A program made the position numbers and the translations under genes. Shown one piece after another: positions 30,117 to 40,937 of a DNA stretch of 64,000 bases. Numbering within the stretch: position 1 is the first letter of the stretch; the number at the start of each line of letters is the position of its first letter. Origin of the DNA: Candidatus Babeliales bacterium (GTDB lineage: Bacteria > Babelota > Babeliae > Babelales > JANWKD01); assembly GCA_963722255.1 (NCBI GenBank), contig CAVRJO010000001.1, positions 672,001 to 736,000 of the forward strand, written 5' to 3'. Below the pieces are notes generated by a model that was given only the letters and a program-made list of their open reading frames with translations, was not told the DNA's origin and ran no database searches.

Positions 30117-30692
30117 ATGCTTTTTATTCGTAAAAATATATATCTATTATTTCTTATTTTCTTCTGTAACAATTCCTGTTTATGTATGGAATATATCAAA
30201 TCATATATACCCGCTGTAGAGATTGCTGGTGGAACAGTTATAGCACTAGGTTGTTATAATGTTCTTATTGATTTAGGGGTAGCATATAACATTAATTTAA
30301 AGAACATACGCGAGACAAAATCAATATGCCCTGCCCAAGAAATTCAAAATTCTTTTAAAAAGACGGTAATGCTTATTTTAAAATCAAATTTAAAAAATTC
30401 AATTCAATATCTGGTACCCTTAGGAATAATAATAGCTGCATCAGCTCAATTAGGTTCAGGACCAAAAATAAATATTGAACAACTTATAAAACCTGCTGCT
30501 TATACAGCAAGTTTTATAAATCTTTGCGCGAGTAGCATTGGTATAATGGGTTATTATGGTATGATTAACCAAGATTTTGCACATTCGTCAGGTTTTGCTT
30601 TAGATTTGTTTAAAGCTACAGCTAAAATAGCGCAAGTAGCAACGCTTGGTATTCCATTATATTGTGTTACTAAACGATATTTGCAAAGCTAA
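30117..30692 (+). CDS. Exported membrane protein, relative of the 57153-58950 family
   Basis: AQLGSGPKINIEQLIKPAAYT vs ARIGSWPKLEIADLVKPALYT. Confidence 0.78.
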   Translation: MLFIRKNIYLLFLIFFCNNSCLCMEYIKSYIPAVEIAGGTVIALGCYNVLIDLGVAYNINLKNIRETKSICPAQEIQNSFKKTVMLILKSNLKNSIQYLVPLGIIIAASAQLGSGPKINIEQLIKPAAYTASFINLCASSIGIMGYYGMINQDFAHSSGFALDLFKATAKIAQVATLGIPLYCVTKRYLQS

Positions 30693-30884
30693 AATTAAAA
30701 TTAATGCTGTATATCAAACAATCAATGTTAAAGGCTCCATGAGCACTACAGAAAACACCCTTGTTTTTTGGACAAAAATATTGCCACATCAAATTTAGTT
30801 TTTTCTCAATTGAGCAAAAATCTATATTAATCAAGAGTATTAGCACAAAATACATTCGTATATAAAAACTTTACAGGTTTTTAA

Positions 30885-31540
30885 AGTTATAACGCCCCCG
30901 TAGACCGGGGGGCTTGACGGCTGTTAGCAGTCCCAAGGACTGCCAGATTATAAACTTTGACTATATTTTAAAATTGACCTTCTTCATCAAAACCTTAGGC
31001 TATCCAGCTGTTCTTGATTTTTCACGTAGGCTTTAACATTGCTCCAATTCATGATCCTACTGTTGAAACCGCATATCCCCTTGCCCAAAACTTCTCGCCA
31101 TTAAAATTTCTTTTGCCGACCGCCAAATTGTCGCGCAACTGCAATCGCACTTTTACCTTTTATATATCCAACTATCTCTGCTATTGAATATTTCGGCGGA
31201 ATACTTATCAGCATATGCACATGATCTTGTACCATGTGGCCTTCCAAAATCTTACTTTCCCTTTGTCCTGCCAATTCATGAAATATTGGTCCTAAGAATT
31301 TACGAATTTCTCCATAAAGTTTCTTTTTTCTATATTTTGGAACAAATACAATATGGTATTTGCAGTTAAATTTAGAATGGCTTAAACTTTTAAATGATGT
31401 TTCCATATATATTTTTTTTCGAGCCGTCACGCCCTAAAAAAATATATCATTGGAAACATTTTTTTTACACTTGAATCTAAAGGCCTAGCCTTGAAAGTCT
31501 CACTAGTCAAACTAGTGGTTTACCTATCTTTCAATTATAA
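30885..31540 (-). mobile_element. tnpA: IS200-family element, tnpA (Y1 HUH transposase) frameshifted near its 3' end
   Basis: KYHIVFVPKYRKK, DHVHMLISIPPKYS, KGKSA; end hairpins GCCCCCG/CGGGGGGC (30894-30913) and CACTAGT/ACTAGTG (31501-31517). Confidence 0.92.
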
Positions 31541-31563
31541 ATGAAGCATAGGAGAGTTTTTTA

Positions 31564-32954
31564 CTATAATAGTATCGAATCCGCATTATTTAAACTAAAC
31601 TGCTTTTTAATTTTTCCGTCTCTCTCTGGTTCGCGATATATCGCTTTTAATAGTTTTTGTGTGTACTTTCCAAAACTATGTATCATTGAATGTTCCAACA
31701 ATGCCTCAACAGCTTGAAAATTTTTCTCTTTATAAGCTTGTGCAAGCATAAGCTTATACGCTAACTGTTTTACTGTATCTTTTTGCTTTATTAATAAAAT
31801 CCACTTATCTTGAGTTGCTTCATACATAAGGAATTTGGGAACCCAATTGCTTCGTTTTACAAATTTACGCGTATTTGATTTCTGCAAAATTGGTTGAGCA
31901 GATTCAAGCATAGGAACTTCCTCAAGAAGAGTGCCCTCAAAATTATAATGCCTAAAAACTGGTAATTGCGTTGGTATATTTTGAGCAGTTGAAGCTCTCG
32001 TTATAAAAGTATCAAAAGCTGTTAAGCCAATTAATATCCCTGCATCTTTAATTTTAATATCCGAAAAAGATGATGAATCATGTGCCTTAAAACAACGAAC
32101 CGCACCTTTAAAATCAGATGCTAAAAAATTTGTAGATCCAAATGGAATAACTGTTTTTAAAGGAAATAATGAATCAGAACCTGATTTAAGCGATGAAATA
32201 ACCTTACATTGTGCTTTTGTTGTATTAAATCTTTTATAGGTCTTAAGATTACCATCGTTATCATAAACAATGGTAACGCCACCGGGAGCCCGAGCAACAA
32301 TCGCTAAAGCATTATTGGTAATTTTAACGGTTACAGATTTTTTTTTATTAACACAAAGTGTCTGAACCTCACCATCATCCTTACCTATAACTAACTTATT
32401 GTTTCTAAAAAATGAAAGCGCAGTAATACAACTTTTTGTAGACTCAAAAAAAATTTTATCTAAAGCTCTGTTATCTATTGTATCCCATAAGATAATGCTC
32501 TTGCTGAGCCCAATGGCAAGAACCGAACCCTTTGGCGATAAATCGAAGCAGCTAATAGTTTCATCAACCTCGCCCTTTATAAGTCTATTTTCATCTCCAT
32601 TATAATTATAAAAATAAAAACTATTCGGTTTTCTTTGATTACACCAAGCAATAATAGGTCCTGCTGCACAAATTTTGGTTGGTTGATGCGATAATGTAAT
32701 ATCATCTTGCCATTGGGAAAATCCCATTCTATCCCTTAAATATGGCACTATCGGCGGATCATTTCGTTTTAAAGCTATTAAATGTATCTACAATTGCTTC
32801 AAAAGATTTTTGTAGCGTATCAAAATCAATTTTTACAATAAGTTCATCAACATCTTTTGAAAGATTCTCATATATACTTTTGATAGTGACCTTATTTTCC
32901 ATGCTTTGTGCTGTATGAAGAAAATAAAAATAATAAAAATAATAAAATAACCAT
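31564..32954 (-). CDS. WD40-like beta-propeller exported protein (5' part frameshifted)
   Basis: FDLSPKGSVLAIG, IILWD, ITALSF, GEVQTL; upstream frames give a signal peptide and ...QS-MENKV. Confidence 0.65.
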
Positions 32955-33900
32955 CAATACATCCTTTACACGGCGTTATTTACACTCCGTTAAAAAATAA
33001 AATTTTTGAAATCTAAGGAGTGTAAAATTAAAATATTTTCGGAAAAGAAAATATTATTTGAAAAAAATAGATGATCAACAATTCCATGATAAATATCATG
33101 AAAGTGATTAGTTATATTTTTGGCTTATGCAACATTTATTTCGTTAATTTTTTTTGCATTATTAGATCTTGCATAAGCTAAATCTTAGAGAATCTTTTTT
33201 GATGAGTAGATTGTTTTGATTGATATTTCATTGCATCCAAGGCGATAACAAAATTTGTAACGCTTATTATTATGAACATTGTTGATTTATTCATTATGCG
33301 TCCTTTAAAAAAAGATGAATAAAACTATTTTTTGAATCACAACTATAGCACAATTTTTTTTGCATTCCAATTTTATTATTTTTAAAACAAAAAAAACTTT
33401 ATATCAAAAAGTTTTTAATGAAATTGACCCAAGAATAATTGTTTTTAATGCTTTAATCAACTCAAAATAAAATTATCTATAAAGAAGGAAATTCTTCGGT
33501 ATAAATTTTTATTTATAAAGATATTGGACAGCAAATCATAGCTTACATGCCCAATATCACTCTATCTTTCTTATGATAATTATACATTTTTCATCTTCAA
33601 AAGTTGCACGCCCAGGCCTAGATTTAGAACATATTGGATTCTGGGGAACTAAATTTTTTAATGTCACGTTTTTTAATTTCATTTTTTAACTTTGCAATAT
33701 TCACTGCAATAAAACTAGAGAGAGAATACCTTGCTGTTGTTTCTCTATAGACAACCATTAATAGCTGATGGCGTACTGCTCTCAAGCGCTTCACGTAATG
33801 TTGCAAGTTTATCCAAATGTTCAATGAAAAGATCCGGATCAGTAATTTTGAAAGGCCTTGCAATTTCCCTAAATCCTTTTTTATCATTTTGTATTTCTCT

Positions 33901-34461
33901 CTAAAATTTTTCTTTTTCTTCTTGAGAATAATGCCTCATCTTCTGAAAAATTTTACAACGTTCGATTTGTAAAATCATTCTGTCTTCATCATCAAGATTG
34001 TTCAGAATCATAATTTTATGTTCAAACTTTTCAATTTGCTGTAAAAAATTTCTATCTTGACCAAAAGCTTCTTGAATAAGAAGATCCATTGCGGATGCTA
34101 CCACTGAATTTGCTGGAGATAGATCATTATACCTATTTCTCTGCTTGCGAGATTCATGTAGGGGAGGCATTGCAGTCCTAAAAAAGTTAAAACCTTCTTC
34201 TAAAGACCATTCCTTTTTCACGTTTTCATCATCACAATCCTGAAAAATAAATTTATCATCAACAACTTTTAAGTCACGGTTTAAGTAAGCATCTAAAAAT
34301 GAAACTTGAGTTTTTAATTGACTTAAATATTCTTCTTTTTTAAGGCTTACAAGTTGTTGTTCAAGTTCATTGATACTCATTTCTTGAACTGGTTTATCCT
34401 TCTTTTCCATTGCCTGCAATCCAGCTATCATTGAAGCAAAAGCAAATGAGCATGTTAACAA
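33901..34461 (-). CDS. Hypothetical exported protein
   Basis: Signal-peptide end LQA-MEK; helical charged body. Confidence 0.75.
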   Translation of the reverse strand: MLTCSFAFASMIAGLQAMEKKDKPVQEMSINELEQQLVSLKKEEYLSQLKTQVSFLDAYLNRDLKVVDDKFIFQDCDDENVKKEWSLEEGFNFFRTAMPPLHESRKQRNRYNDLSPANSVVASAMDLLIQEAFGQDRNFLQQIEKFEHKIMILNNLDDEDRMILQIERCKIFQKMRHYSQEEKEKF

Positions 34462-34488
34462 TTTTTTTATTTTGATAATTCCTTATTT

Positions 34489-36144
34489 TTATCCACCACC
34501 GGTTGCGCCAAAAATGCCAAGCTTATCAGCAAAGAATTTCAAGTCATCATCACTAAAGCGTACACCTATACCAAAGAATCCATTTGCATTTTCCCTACTT
34601 ACAAAATCATCAGCACCAAAGGCCATATAAATATTACGCATAATGAATACTCTGTTGATCCATTTAAGATGTGGATTACTATCATTCATACGATCACGAC
34701 CACGCACATCAAATAACTCAAGAGTTGTGACCCAGCGGAACTTATCGGTACCAAATGGTATTTCAATGTCTACGCCAATACCAACGGTATTTTCAAAAAG
34801 ACCCATTCTAAAGGCAACATCTTTAAATATTTTTCCTATTTGGACACCGTATTTATATTGATCCAAGTTACGTTCAATCGTTTCGATTCTACCGATCAAC
34901 TCAGGCAATAAGATAACTCGATCCGCTTGAAAGAAATCCTGAGCAAGGAATTGATGGTTATCTTCATCGTACCAATTTTTTATCAATTCACGACGACGAA
35001 TTGTTCCTTTTTGCGATCCAACAAGTTGGAAAATATAAAAATGATCATCATTTGGGTGAATTCTTACATCGAGATATCCTTTTGCATCTTGGAATACAAC
35101 ACGTTCTGCAGGTCGATACATATATTCACCATGTGAATCGAGTACAATGCTTAAATTATCAACTTTGGTAAAGTAGTTTTTTAGACCACCAACTGCTGAT
35201 TTTAGATCAAAGTAAGCCTCATCTTCATTAATTAATTTACCAATGAGACCTTTACCTTCGTCAATTTTTTCAGCTATAGAATTAATATTTTTAAAACCGG
35301 TAGTTGCCTCTTGAGCAGCATTTTCTAATGCATTTGTGGTGTGCTCAAGCTGATAGGTAATTGAACCAAAATCACGATCAAATACATCTGACATTCGTTC
35401 TACACTGTTTTTAAAGGAAGGCAAAAAATCTGATTCTAACTTATTTGAAAGTCTCGAAAGATCGTTGCCTAAAGTAGGAATGGTATTTTTCATTTCTTGG
35501 GCAATATCACGAAGATCGGCTAAAATTGCATTGACGTTACTTTCATTATAAGAAAGAGTTCGGTCTAACATTTCGGAGAAATGTGCAATCCGCTCGGCTG
35601 CCATATTAAAGTGTTGCATCGTTTCACGGAACTCATCCTTACCACGCTCTCCACCAAGTGTTTCTCTCAAGGAACTGGTTACATCTTCAACGTTCACTGC
35701 AATTGATTGCACTTTATAAAGAATTTCATCTACCGAAACTGGTGGACGACCTGGTTTACCAAGTGCCTGTCCTGGACACAAATCCGGAAGGTAAGGGTCG
35801 CCAGGGATTAACTCAAGATATTTTGTTCCAAGAAGACCTTCTTGTCGGACAATAGCATACGCATCAGAGTGTAGAATAAACTTTTTTTGAATCATGAGAT
35901 TAGCTTTTGCTTGAAATTCATGATCTTCAATAAGTTCAATAGAGTCTACCCAACCAACTTTTACTCCGGCAATTTTAACGTCACTCTTTTTTTCTAAACC
36001 CGAAATATCATTAAAATAGACAACCTGCTTTTTATAGTTTCTTCTATCGAGCCTAAAAACTCCAAGCTGAGTTGTCATATAAAAAAATAACGCTAATGCG
36101 CCAACCACCAAAATACCAACGCGTGTTTCTGTTTTAATCTGCAA
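34489..36144 (-). CDS. MlaD/MCE-family protein with long helical region and C-terminal beta-rich domain
   Basis: ETRVGILV TM, FNDISGLEKKSDVKIAGVKVGWVDSI, EGLLGTKYLELIPG, GKGLIGKLIN. Confidence 0.93.
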   Translation of the reverse strand: MQIKTETRVGILVVGALALFFYMTTQLGVFRLDRRNYKKQVVYFNDISGLEKKSDVKIAGVKVGWVDSIELIEDHEFQAKANLMIQKKFILHSDAYAIVRQEGLLGTKYLELIPGDPYLPDLCPGQALGKPGRPPVSVDEILYKVQSIAVNVEDVTSSLRETLGGERGKDEFRETMQHFNMAAERIAHFSEMLDRTLSYNESNVNAILADLRDIAQEMKNTIPTLGNDLSRLSNKLESDFLPSFKNSVERMSDVFDRDFGSITYQLEHTTNALENAAQEATTGFKNINSIAEKIDEGKGLIGKLINEDEAYFDLKSAVGGLKNYFTKVDNLSIVLDSHGEYMYRPAERVVFQDAKGYLDVRIHPNDDHFYIFQLVGSQKGTIRRRELIKNWYDEDNHQFLAQDFFQADRVILLPELIGRIETIERNLDQYKYGVQIGKIFKDVAFRMGLFENTVGIGVDIEIPFGTDKFRWVTTLELFDVRGRDRMNDSNPHLKWINRVFIMRNIYMAFGADDFVSRENANGFFGIGVRFSDDDLKFFADKLGIFGATGGG

Positions 36145-36163
36145 AGTAAATTCCTTTTTCAGA

Positions 36164-37228
36164 TCAAAGCCAATATAATTTTTTTACTAAAAACTTCGCA
36201 GGTTCTTGAACTTCAATAAGCGCAAAAACCTTTTGAGTAATTTTTCCAACCGTACCATAAGAAAGTACACTAAACATTGTTGCACGAAATTTTGTAGATA
36301 ACAACATCGTTAAATCAGTAGATACTGCTTTTAATTCTTTTGAATAAAGCTTCTCTAAACTTGTTTCCCACACGGTTTTTAAATCTCCCGAAACAGATTT
36401 TAAATTGCTCAATAACTGTTCAATATTTTTTTGCTCTTGTTCATTAATCTCAGCTCGTTTCAATGCAAATATAGCTCTTATGGAATCGGACAACAACCAA
36501 GCATTCATCTCAGGTTGTTCTGACCATACCGTAAATATATCAGTTAAATACACAGGCCTTTGCTCCTTTTTTTCAATGCTCGGAGGCTCATAAAAAACTC
36601 TGTCTTTAAAGATGTTCTGAAATTCCTCAATAGTCAGCAACTCCGTCACATCATGTACCTTATACTGCCTTTGTTTTAAAAACTTTTCAAATGCTTCAGA
36701 TAAATCTTTATTATTGAGAAATTTTTTGGCTGATGCAAAAAATGCACTAACAGCTTTTTTCATATCACCTTGGGCAGCACCTTCATGTAAAAATTTTTTT
36801 GTAGTAAAGTCAAATATTTTATTAATATCAAGCTTCCCATTTTCACTCATTATGCAAAATTTTACACTACCATCAATACCTTCGATTTCCTCATCCAGCT
36901 TATATTCTTGCCAAAGATTTAAGTGAGAAAGATTTTTTTTCAAAAATAAGAGATTTGGATCTTGTTTCTCTTTTTTTTCATCGGGCTTTTCAGTAGTTTT
37001 TTGTTGATCTTCTTTTTCAAGATTAACAGCAAGTTGATTCATAGCAAGCTGAATTCCGCCAAGAGCAATTTGTTTTGCTTGTTCTCGTTCAATCATAGTT
37101 TTTGCAAAATAAAGATGTGTGCGTCCTTTATTAAAAAGTTGCGTAACCATTATAACCATAATACTTAAAATAATAAGAGTAAGTACGAGTATGTAACCCT
37201 GTGATGCATTATTATGTTGTTGTTTCAT
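36164..37228 (-). CDS. gspK: T2SS minor pseudopilin GspK-like
   Basis: GYILVLTLIIL, A..IALGGIQLA, ENGKLDIN; position after gspJ. Confidence 0.75.
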   Translation of the reverse strand: MKQQHNNASQGYILVLTLIILSIMVIMVTQLFNKGRTHLYFAKTMIEREQAKQIALGGIQLAMNQLAVNLEKEDQQKTTEKPDEKKEKQDPNLLFLKKNLSHLNLWQEYKLDEEIEGIDGSVKFCIMSENGKLDINKIFDFTTKKFLHEGAAQGDMKKAVSAFFASAKKFLNNKDLSEAFEKFLKQRQYKVHDVTELLTIEEFQNIFKDRVFYEPPSIEKKEQRPVYLTDIFTVWSEQPEMNAWLLSDSIRAIFALKRAEINEQEQKNIEQLLSNLKSVSGDLKTVWETSLEKLYSKELKAVSTDLTMLLSTKFRATMFSVLSYGTVGKITQKVFALIEVQEPAKFLVKKLYWL

Positions 37229-37232
37229 ACAT

Positions 37233-38204
37233 TCATCCTAAACCTGGTACTACTGGTTTTATTTTTTCACCTTCTTTATGCGCCTGTTCTTTTTGATCGG
37301 AACCTTGCGGTGGTTTTTTTTCAGGCGGCTTCACTCCTAGTTTTTTCTGTTTCTTTGCCATTGTTTGTGCAACAAAAGTTGTTATCTGAAAATTAAAAAC
37401 AAATGATTCTTCACGTTGCTTGTTATCCCAAAATTCGCAGGTACATTGTATAAATTCAGGAATTTTTGGTTGCTCTTGCTGCTCTTCTTTTTTTGTCTCC
37501 ACATCCCAATTTTTAACCGTTTTATATTCTGGTTTTGGTTTTTCCTGTTCTTTGTTTTTAGTTTCTTTTGACGCTTCTTGCTTTTCTTCTTTTTTGACAG
37601 GATAGGTATACTCACATTTTATTGATTTAACACCGCTTGCAAGTTCAAAACCTCGTATCGGTTTTGCTGCTTTAGGATCATATGCCTTAAAATCCAGCTC
37701 TTGCGATTCTTGTCGTACTAAACTCAATGATTTGGGATTTTCTTCATCAGGAATTAATCTATACACAACACGCACAATGCGCGATTTTGGTTTAACATTT
37801 ACTGCTTTTTCATAAACTTTTATTGGATTGTTGGTGATAAAGGTAAGCAGCTGCAAAGCATCTTCAGCACCATTTTCAGCATAAAAAATCTTTTCAGTTG
37901 GCTTACGCTTTTTCTGTTCATCTTCTTTTTTTTGTTCAGGCTGTTTTGTGGTTTCTTTGCTTTCAGCAGGTTTTTTTGGTGTTGGAGTCTGTGTCAAATC
38001 AGTTTCATCAGGAATAAAAATGCCGGCAAAATCTTTTTCAAACTGATTCTCTACAAGAGCAGCGCGAAGATCGATTGTTATAAAATTATCTGCAATCGAT
38101 ACCACACGATTAGTAACAAAAAAAGCATTATAAAGCGCAGTACCGATTAATGAAGAAAGAAAAAGGCCAATAGAAAGCTCTATAAGAGTAAAACCTTTTT
38201 TCAT
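37233..38204 (-). CDS. gspJ: T2SS pseudopilin GspJ-like
   Basis: Prepilin motif GFTLIEL. Confidence 0.75.
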   Translation of the reverse strand: MKKGFTLIELSIGLFLSSLIGTALYNAFFVTNRVVSIADNFITIDLRAALVENQFEKDFAGIFIPDETDLTQTPTPKKPAESKETTKQPEQKKEDEQKKRKPTEKIFYAENGAEDALQLLTFITNNPIKVYEKAVNVKPKSRIVRVVYRLIPDEENPKSLSLVRQESQELDFKAYDPKAAKPIRGFELASGVKSIKCEYTYPVKKEEKQEASKETKNKEQEKPKPEYKTVKNWDVETKKEEQQEQPKIPEFIQCTCEFWDNKQREESFVFNFQITTFVAQTMAKKQKKLGVKPPEKKPPQGSDQKEQAHKEGEKIKPVVPGLG

Positions 38205-38632
38205 TTTTTTTCATTCTCCTTTTTTTCAGGAGCTTTGTATAAAAATGTAATCATTGTCTCGCTCTTTTTTTTTCGTCCTTCTTGCCATTGTGCTTCAGCT
38301 TTTTCAATAAAACAAGATTCGAATTTTTTAAGGGCAGATTTTTCATTAATTTTTTGCAAGACATACGATAGCTTAAATTCCTTTTCTTGCGCTGCCGGTT
38401 GAGCTTGTTTTTCCTCTTTTTGTTCTGCACGATCTAATGCTGCAACTATTAATCTATTTCTTAATGAGAAAATATGTCTGAGTCGCGCAGAATAATCTAC
38501 CACAGAATTGAATGTAATATTTTGTAATGATAAAATTGCCGTCAAAAGCATGCCGAGCATGACAATTGCGATCATAACTTCCATAAAACTGAAACCGGGC
38601 GACGAACTGTTAAGGTTTTTGAAATGTATCAT
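38201..38632 (-). CDS. gspI: T2SS pseudopilin GspI-like
   Basis: Prepilin motif GFSFMEVMIAI. Confidence 0.72.
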   Translation of the reverse strand: MIHFKNLNSSSPGFSFMEVMIAIVMLGMLLTAILSLQNITFNSVVDYSARLRHIFSLRNRLIVAALDRAEQKEEKQAQPAAQEKEFKLSYVLQKINEKSALKKFESCFIEKAEAQWQEGRKKKSETMITFLYKAPEKKENEKK

Positions 38633-39158
38633 ATTCTTTTAGTTGTACGGTGAACGGATTGAGAACTAATCCTAATCTAATTGGTTGTGTTTGGCTAGTA
38701 TCCTCAACATTAATAATGACATTCTGAGAAAGCCCTTCAGGCATTATATAAAACCACATGGATGAAGTTTTGCGCTCAGGCTGATTAAGCTCATCATTAC
38801 CATCAATAAAGAAATTTTTAATCTCTATTTGTTCTGGCCATTCATAAGAGTTTGCACGATATGTTTGGGTAATTGGTTTATACATAACCTCGCCTGCAGA
38901 TGCTCCCGGCTCTTCACTTTCAAGAGAGACAACTCTTTTTTCAACATCAAAAAAAACGCGAATAATTTTTTGTGAAGCAAGAGCATCTTGCCAACCAAGC
39001 GCCATCAAGGTATTAAGCTCCGAAATGAATGCTTTACGTTTATGGCCGGGAACACGCTGTTGCAAATTTGGAATAACAATGGTTGCCACTATGCCAAGAA
39101 GCAAAATGACAACCATAATTTCCAGTAAACTAAATCCTTGTTTAGCTCTTCCAAACAC
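38610..39158 (-). CDS. gspH: T2SS pseudopilin GspH-like
   Basis: Prepilin motif GFSLLEIMVVI. Confidence 0.75.
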   Translation of the reverse strand: MFGRAKQGFSLLEIMVVILLLGIVATIVIPNLQQRVPGHKRKAFISELNTLMALGWQDALASQKIIRVFFDVEKRVVSLESEEPGASAGEVMYKPITQTYRANSYEWPEQIEIKNFFIDGNDELNQPERKTSSMWFYIMPEGLSQNVIINVEDTSQTQPIRLGLVLNPFTVQLKEYDTFQKP

Positions 39159-39594
39159 TAATGTAATCCTCTTCAGTTGCTACATCAGGGCCTTTGTCAC
39201 CAAATGAATATAATTCATATGGATGTTCAGCACCAGGCGTTATCTTATATTGGAACTCATTGCCCCAAGGATCTTCCGGAAGGCCTTTTTCAAGATACGG
39301 CAATGACCATTTTTTTCCAGCAGCGCCAGATGGCTTTTCTACCAAGTCTTTAAGTTCTTTAGGATATGAACCAATTTCAGCATGATAATTATTAACAGCT
39401 TGTGAAATAGCATTCAAGCTTGCTCGAGCAGAATTTTCTTTTCCTTTTACGAGCCATCTGTAGGTAGCGGGACCAACGGTTGCTAATAAAATCCCCATAA
39501 TCAAAATCACTACGGAAATTTCAATGAGACTGAACCCTTGAACAAGATCAGCTCTTTTTTTGCGCATTGAGAGTAACATAAAATATCCTTTCAT
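39142..39594 (-). CDS. gspG: T2SS major pseudopilin GspG
   Basis: GFSLIEI, GSYP..L..LV, PEDPWGNEFQY, YELYSFG. Confidence 0.9.
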   Translation of the reverse strand: MKGYFMLLSMRKKRADLVQGFSLIEISVVILIMGILLATVGPATYRWLVKGKENSARASLNAISQAVNNYHAEIGSYPKELKDLVEKPSGAAGKKWSLPYLEKGLPEDPWGNEFQYKITPGAEHPYELYSFGDKGPDVATEEDYISVWKS

Positions 39595-39599
39595 TTTAG

Positions 39600-40811
39600 T
39601 TAGCCTAATTTTGTCATTTGCATCATTGGCTGAACAATTGACAATACAACAAATCCAACAACAACAGCCATCACCAACAACATTATTGGTTCAAGCTTTG
39701 AAGCAAGCGCATCAGAAAAATCTGATAAATCTGCTTCATAATTTTTTGCAACGGTTAAAAGCATAAAATCAAGCTGCCCGCTTTCTTCACCGGTTTTGAG
39801 CAAATAGATTGCAATAGGCGGGAAAATACCGGTCTGACGCAAGTATTCAGCAATTTTACCTTGTTTAATAATATTATCTCGAGCCTTACTTAATGCATCT
39901 TTTAGAATACGATTGTCAATAATTTTTACCACAATATCAAGCGATTCAGAAAGATTAACTCCGCTTTCTAAAAGCATACCTAATGTTCTACTGAATTGTA
40001 CTACAGCTCCCATGCGAGTAAAAAAGCTTACAACAGGAATTTTTAATTTTATTTTATCAACCGTGCGTGCACCACTGGGTGTTTTGCTCCAATAATCGAT
40101 ACAAAATAACGGTACAATAATAAAAATAATAATAGCTATATAATAGGTACGAATAAAGTCTGAAAGCGTTATTAGAAATTGCGTTGTTGCTGGCAACTTG
40201 GTTCCTTGTGCTGTAAATGTTTGCGTTAACGTTGGAATTACGAACGTCAAAAGCGCAACAACGATAAGAGCAACGACTCCCAACTGAATCAAAGGATATG
40301 AAAGTGCACCCTTAACCTTTTTTGTTAATTCGGCACGTCGTTCCATATATTCAACCAAACGCTCTAAAATCATCTCAAGTTTACCACTTGCCTCACCAGC
40401 GCGTACAAGCTGAACATAAATCGTATCAAAGACTTTGGGATATTTACTTAATCCATCAGCAAAAGATTTACCTTCCTTAATGCCATCTTTTATAGCAATT
40501 ACAATTGATTTTAATCGACCTTCAAACTGTTCGATTAAAAGTTCTAGAGCTTGCAAAAGAGGAACACCGGATTTAAGTAGAACTGCAAGTTGCTTGGTAA
40601 ATAATATCTTATCTTTTAAGGTTATTCCTTTTTGAAACAGTTTTTTGTACCAAGCCTGAGCTCCCGATTGATCTTTAGCCAACTGAACATTAATCGGATA
40701 CATGCCTTGTTTGGTTATTTGCTGCAATGCTGCTTCTTGAGATTGAGCATCTAATGTTCCACTAACTTTTTTACCATCTTTTGCATATGCTTGGTAAGAA
40801 TATAAAGCCAT
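39600..40811 (-). CDS. gspF: T2SS inner-membrane platform protein GspF/PilC
   Basis: FTKQLAVLLKSGVPLLQAL, AGEASGKL, ALSYP, GEESGQL, LEP. Confidence 0.95.
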   Translation of the reverse strand: MALYSYQAYAKDGKKVSGTLDAQSQEAALQQITKQGMYPINVQLAKDQSGAQAWYKKLFQKGITLKDKILFTKQLAVLLKSGVPLLQALELLIEQFEGRLKSIVIAIKDGIKEGKSFADGLSKYPKVFDTIYVQLVRAGEASGKLEMILERLVEYMERRAELTKKVKGALSYPLIQLGVVALIVVALLTFVIPTLTQTFTAQGTKLPATTQFLITLSDFIRTYYIAIIIFIIVPLFCIDYWSKTPSGARTVDKIKLKIPVVSFFTRMGAVVQFSRTLGMLLESGVNLSESLDIVVKIIDNRILKDALSKARDNIIKQGKIAEYLRQTGIFPPIAIYLLKTGEESGQLDFMLLTVAKNYEADLSDFSDALASKLEPIMLLVMAVVVGFVVLSIVQPMMQMTKLG

Positions 40812-40937
40812 TGTTAACCTTTTTTTACCCTATAGCTTACTCTGGTTAGAAAATTTGTATTAATTTTTTTTTTCGTGCTAAGATACGTTTTTGTACCTCT
40901 TACATTTCTTTTACTTATTAGTTTATAAGGAGTTGCT

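Noticed and set aside
33113..33295. Short minus-strand ORF MNKSTMFIIISVTNFVIALDAMKY...
   Set aside because: Only 38 codons; probably a remnant of an exported-protein gene, too weak to call.
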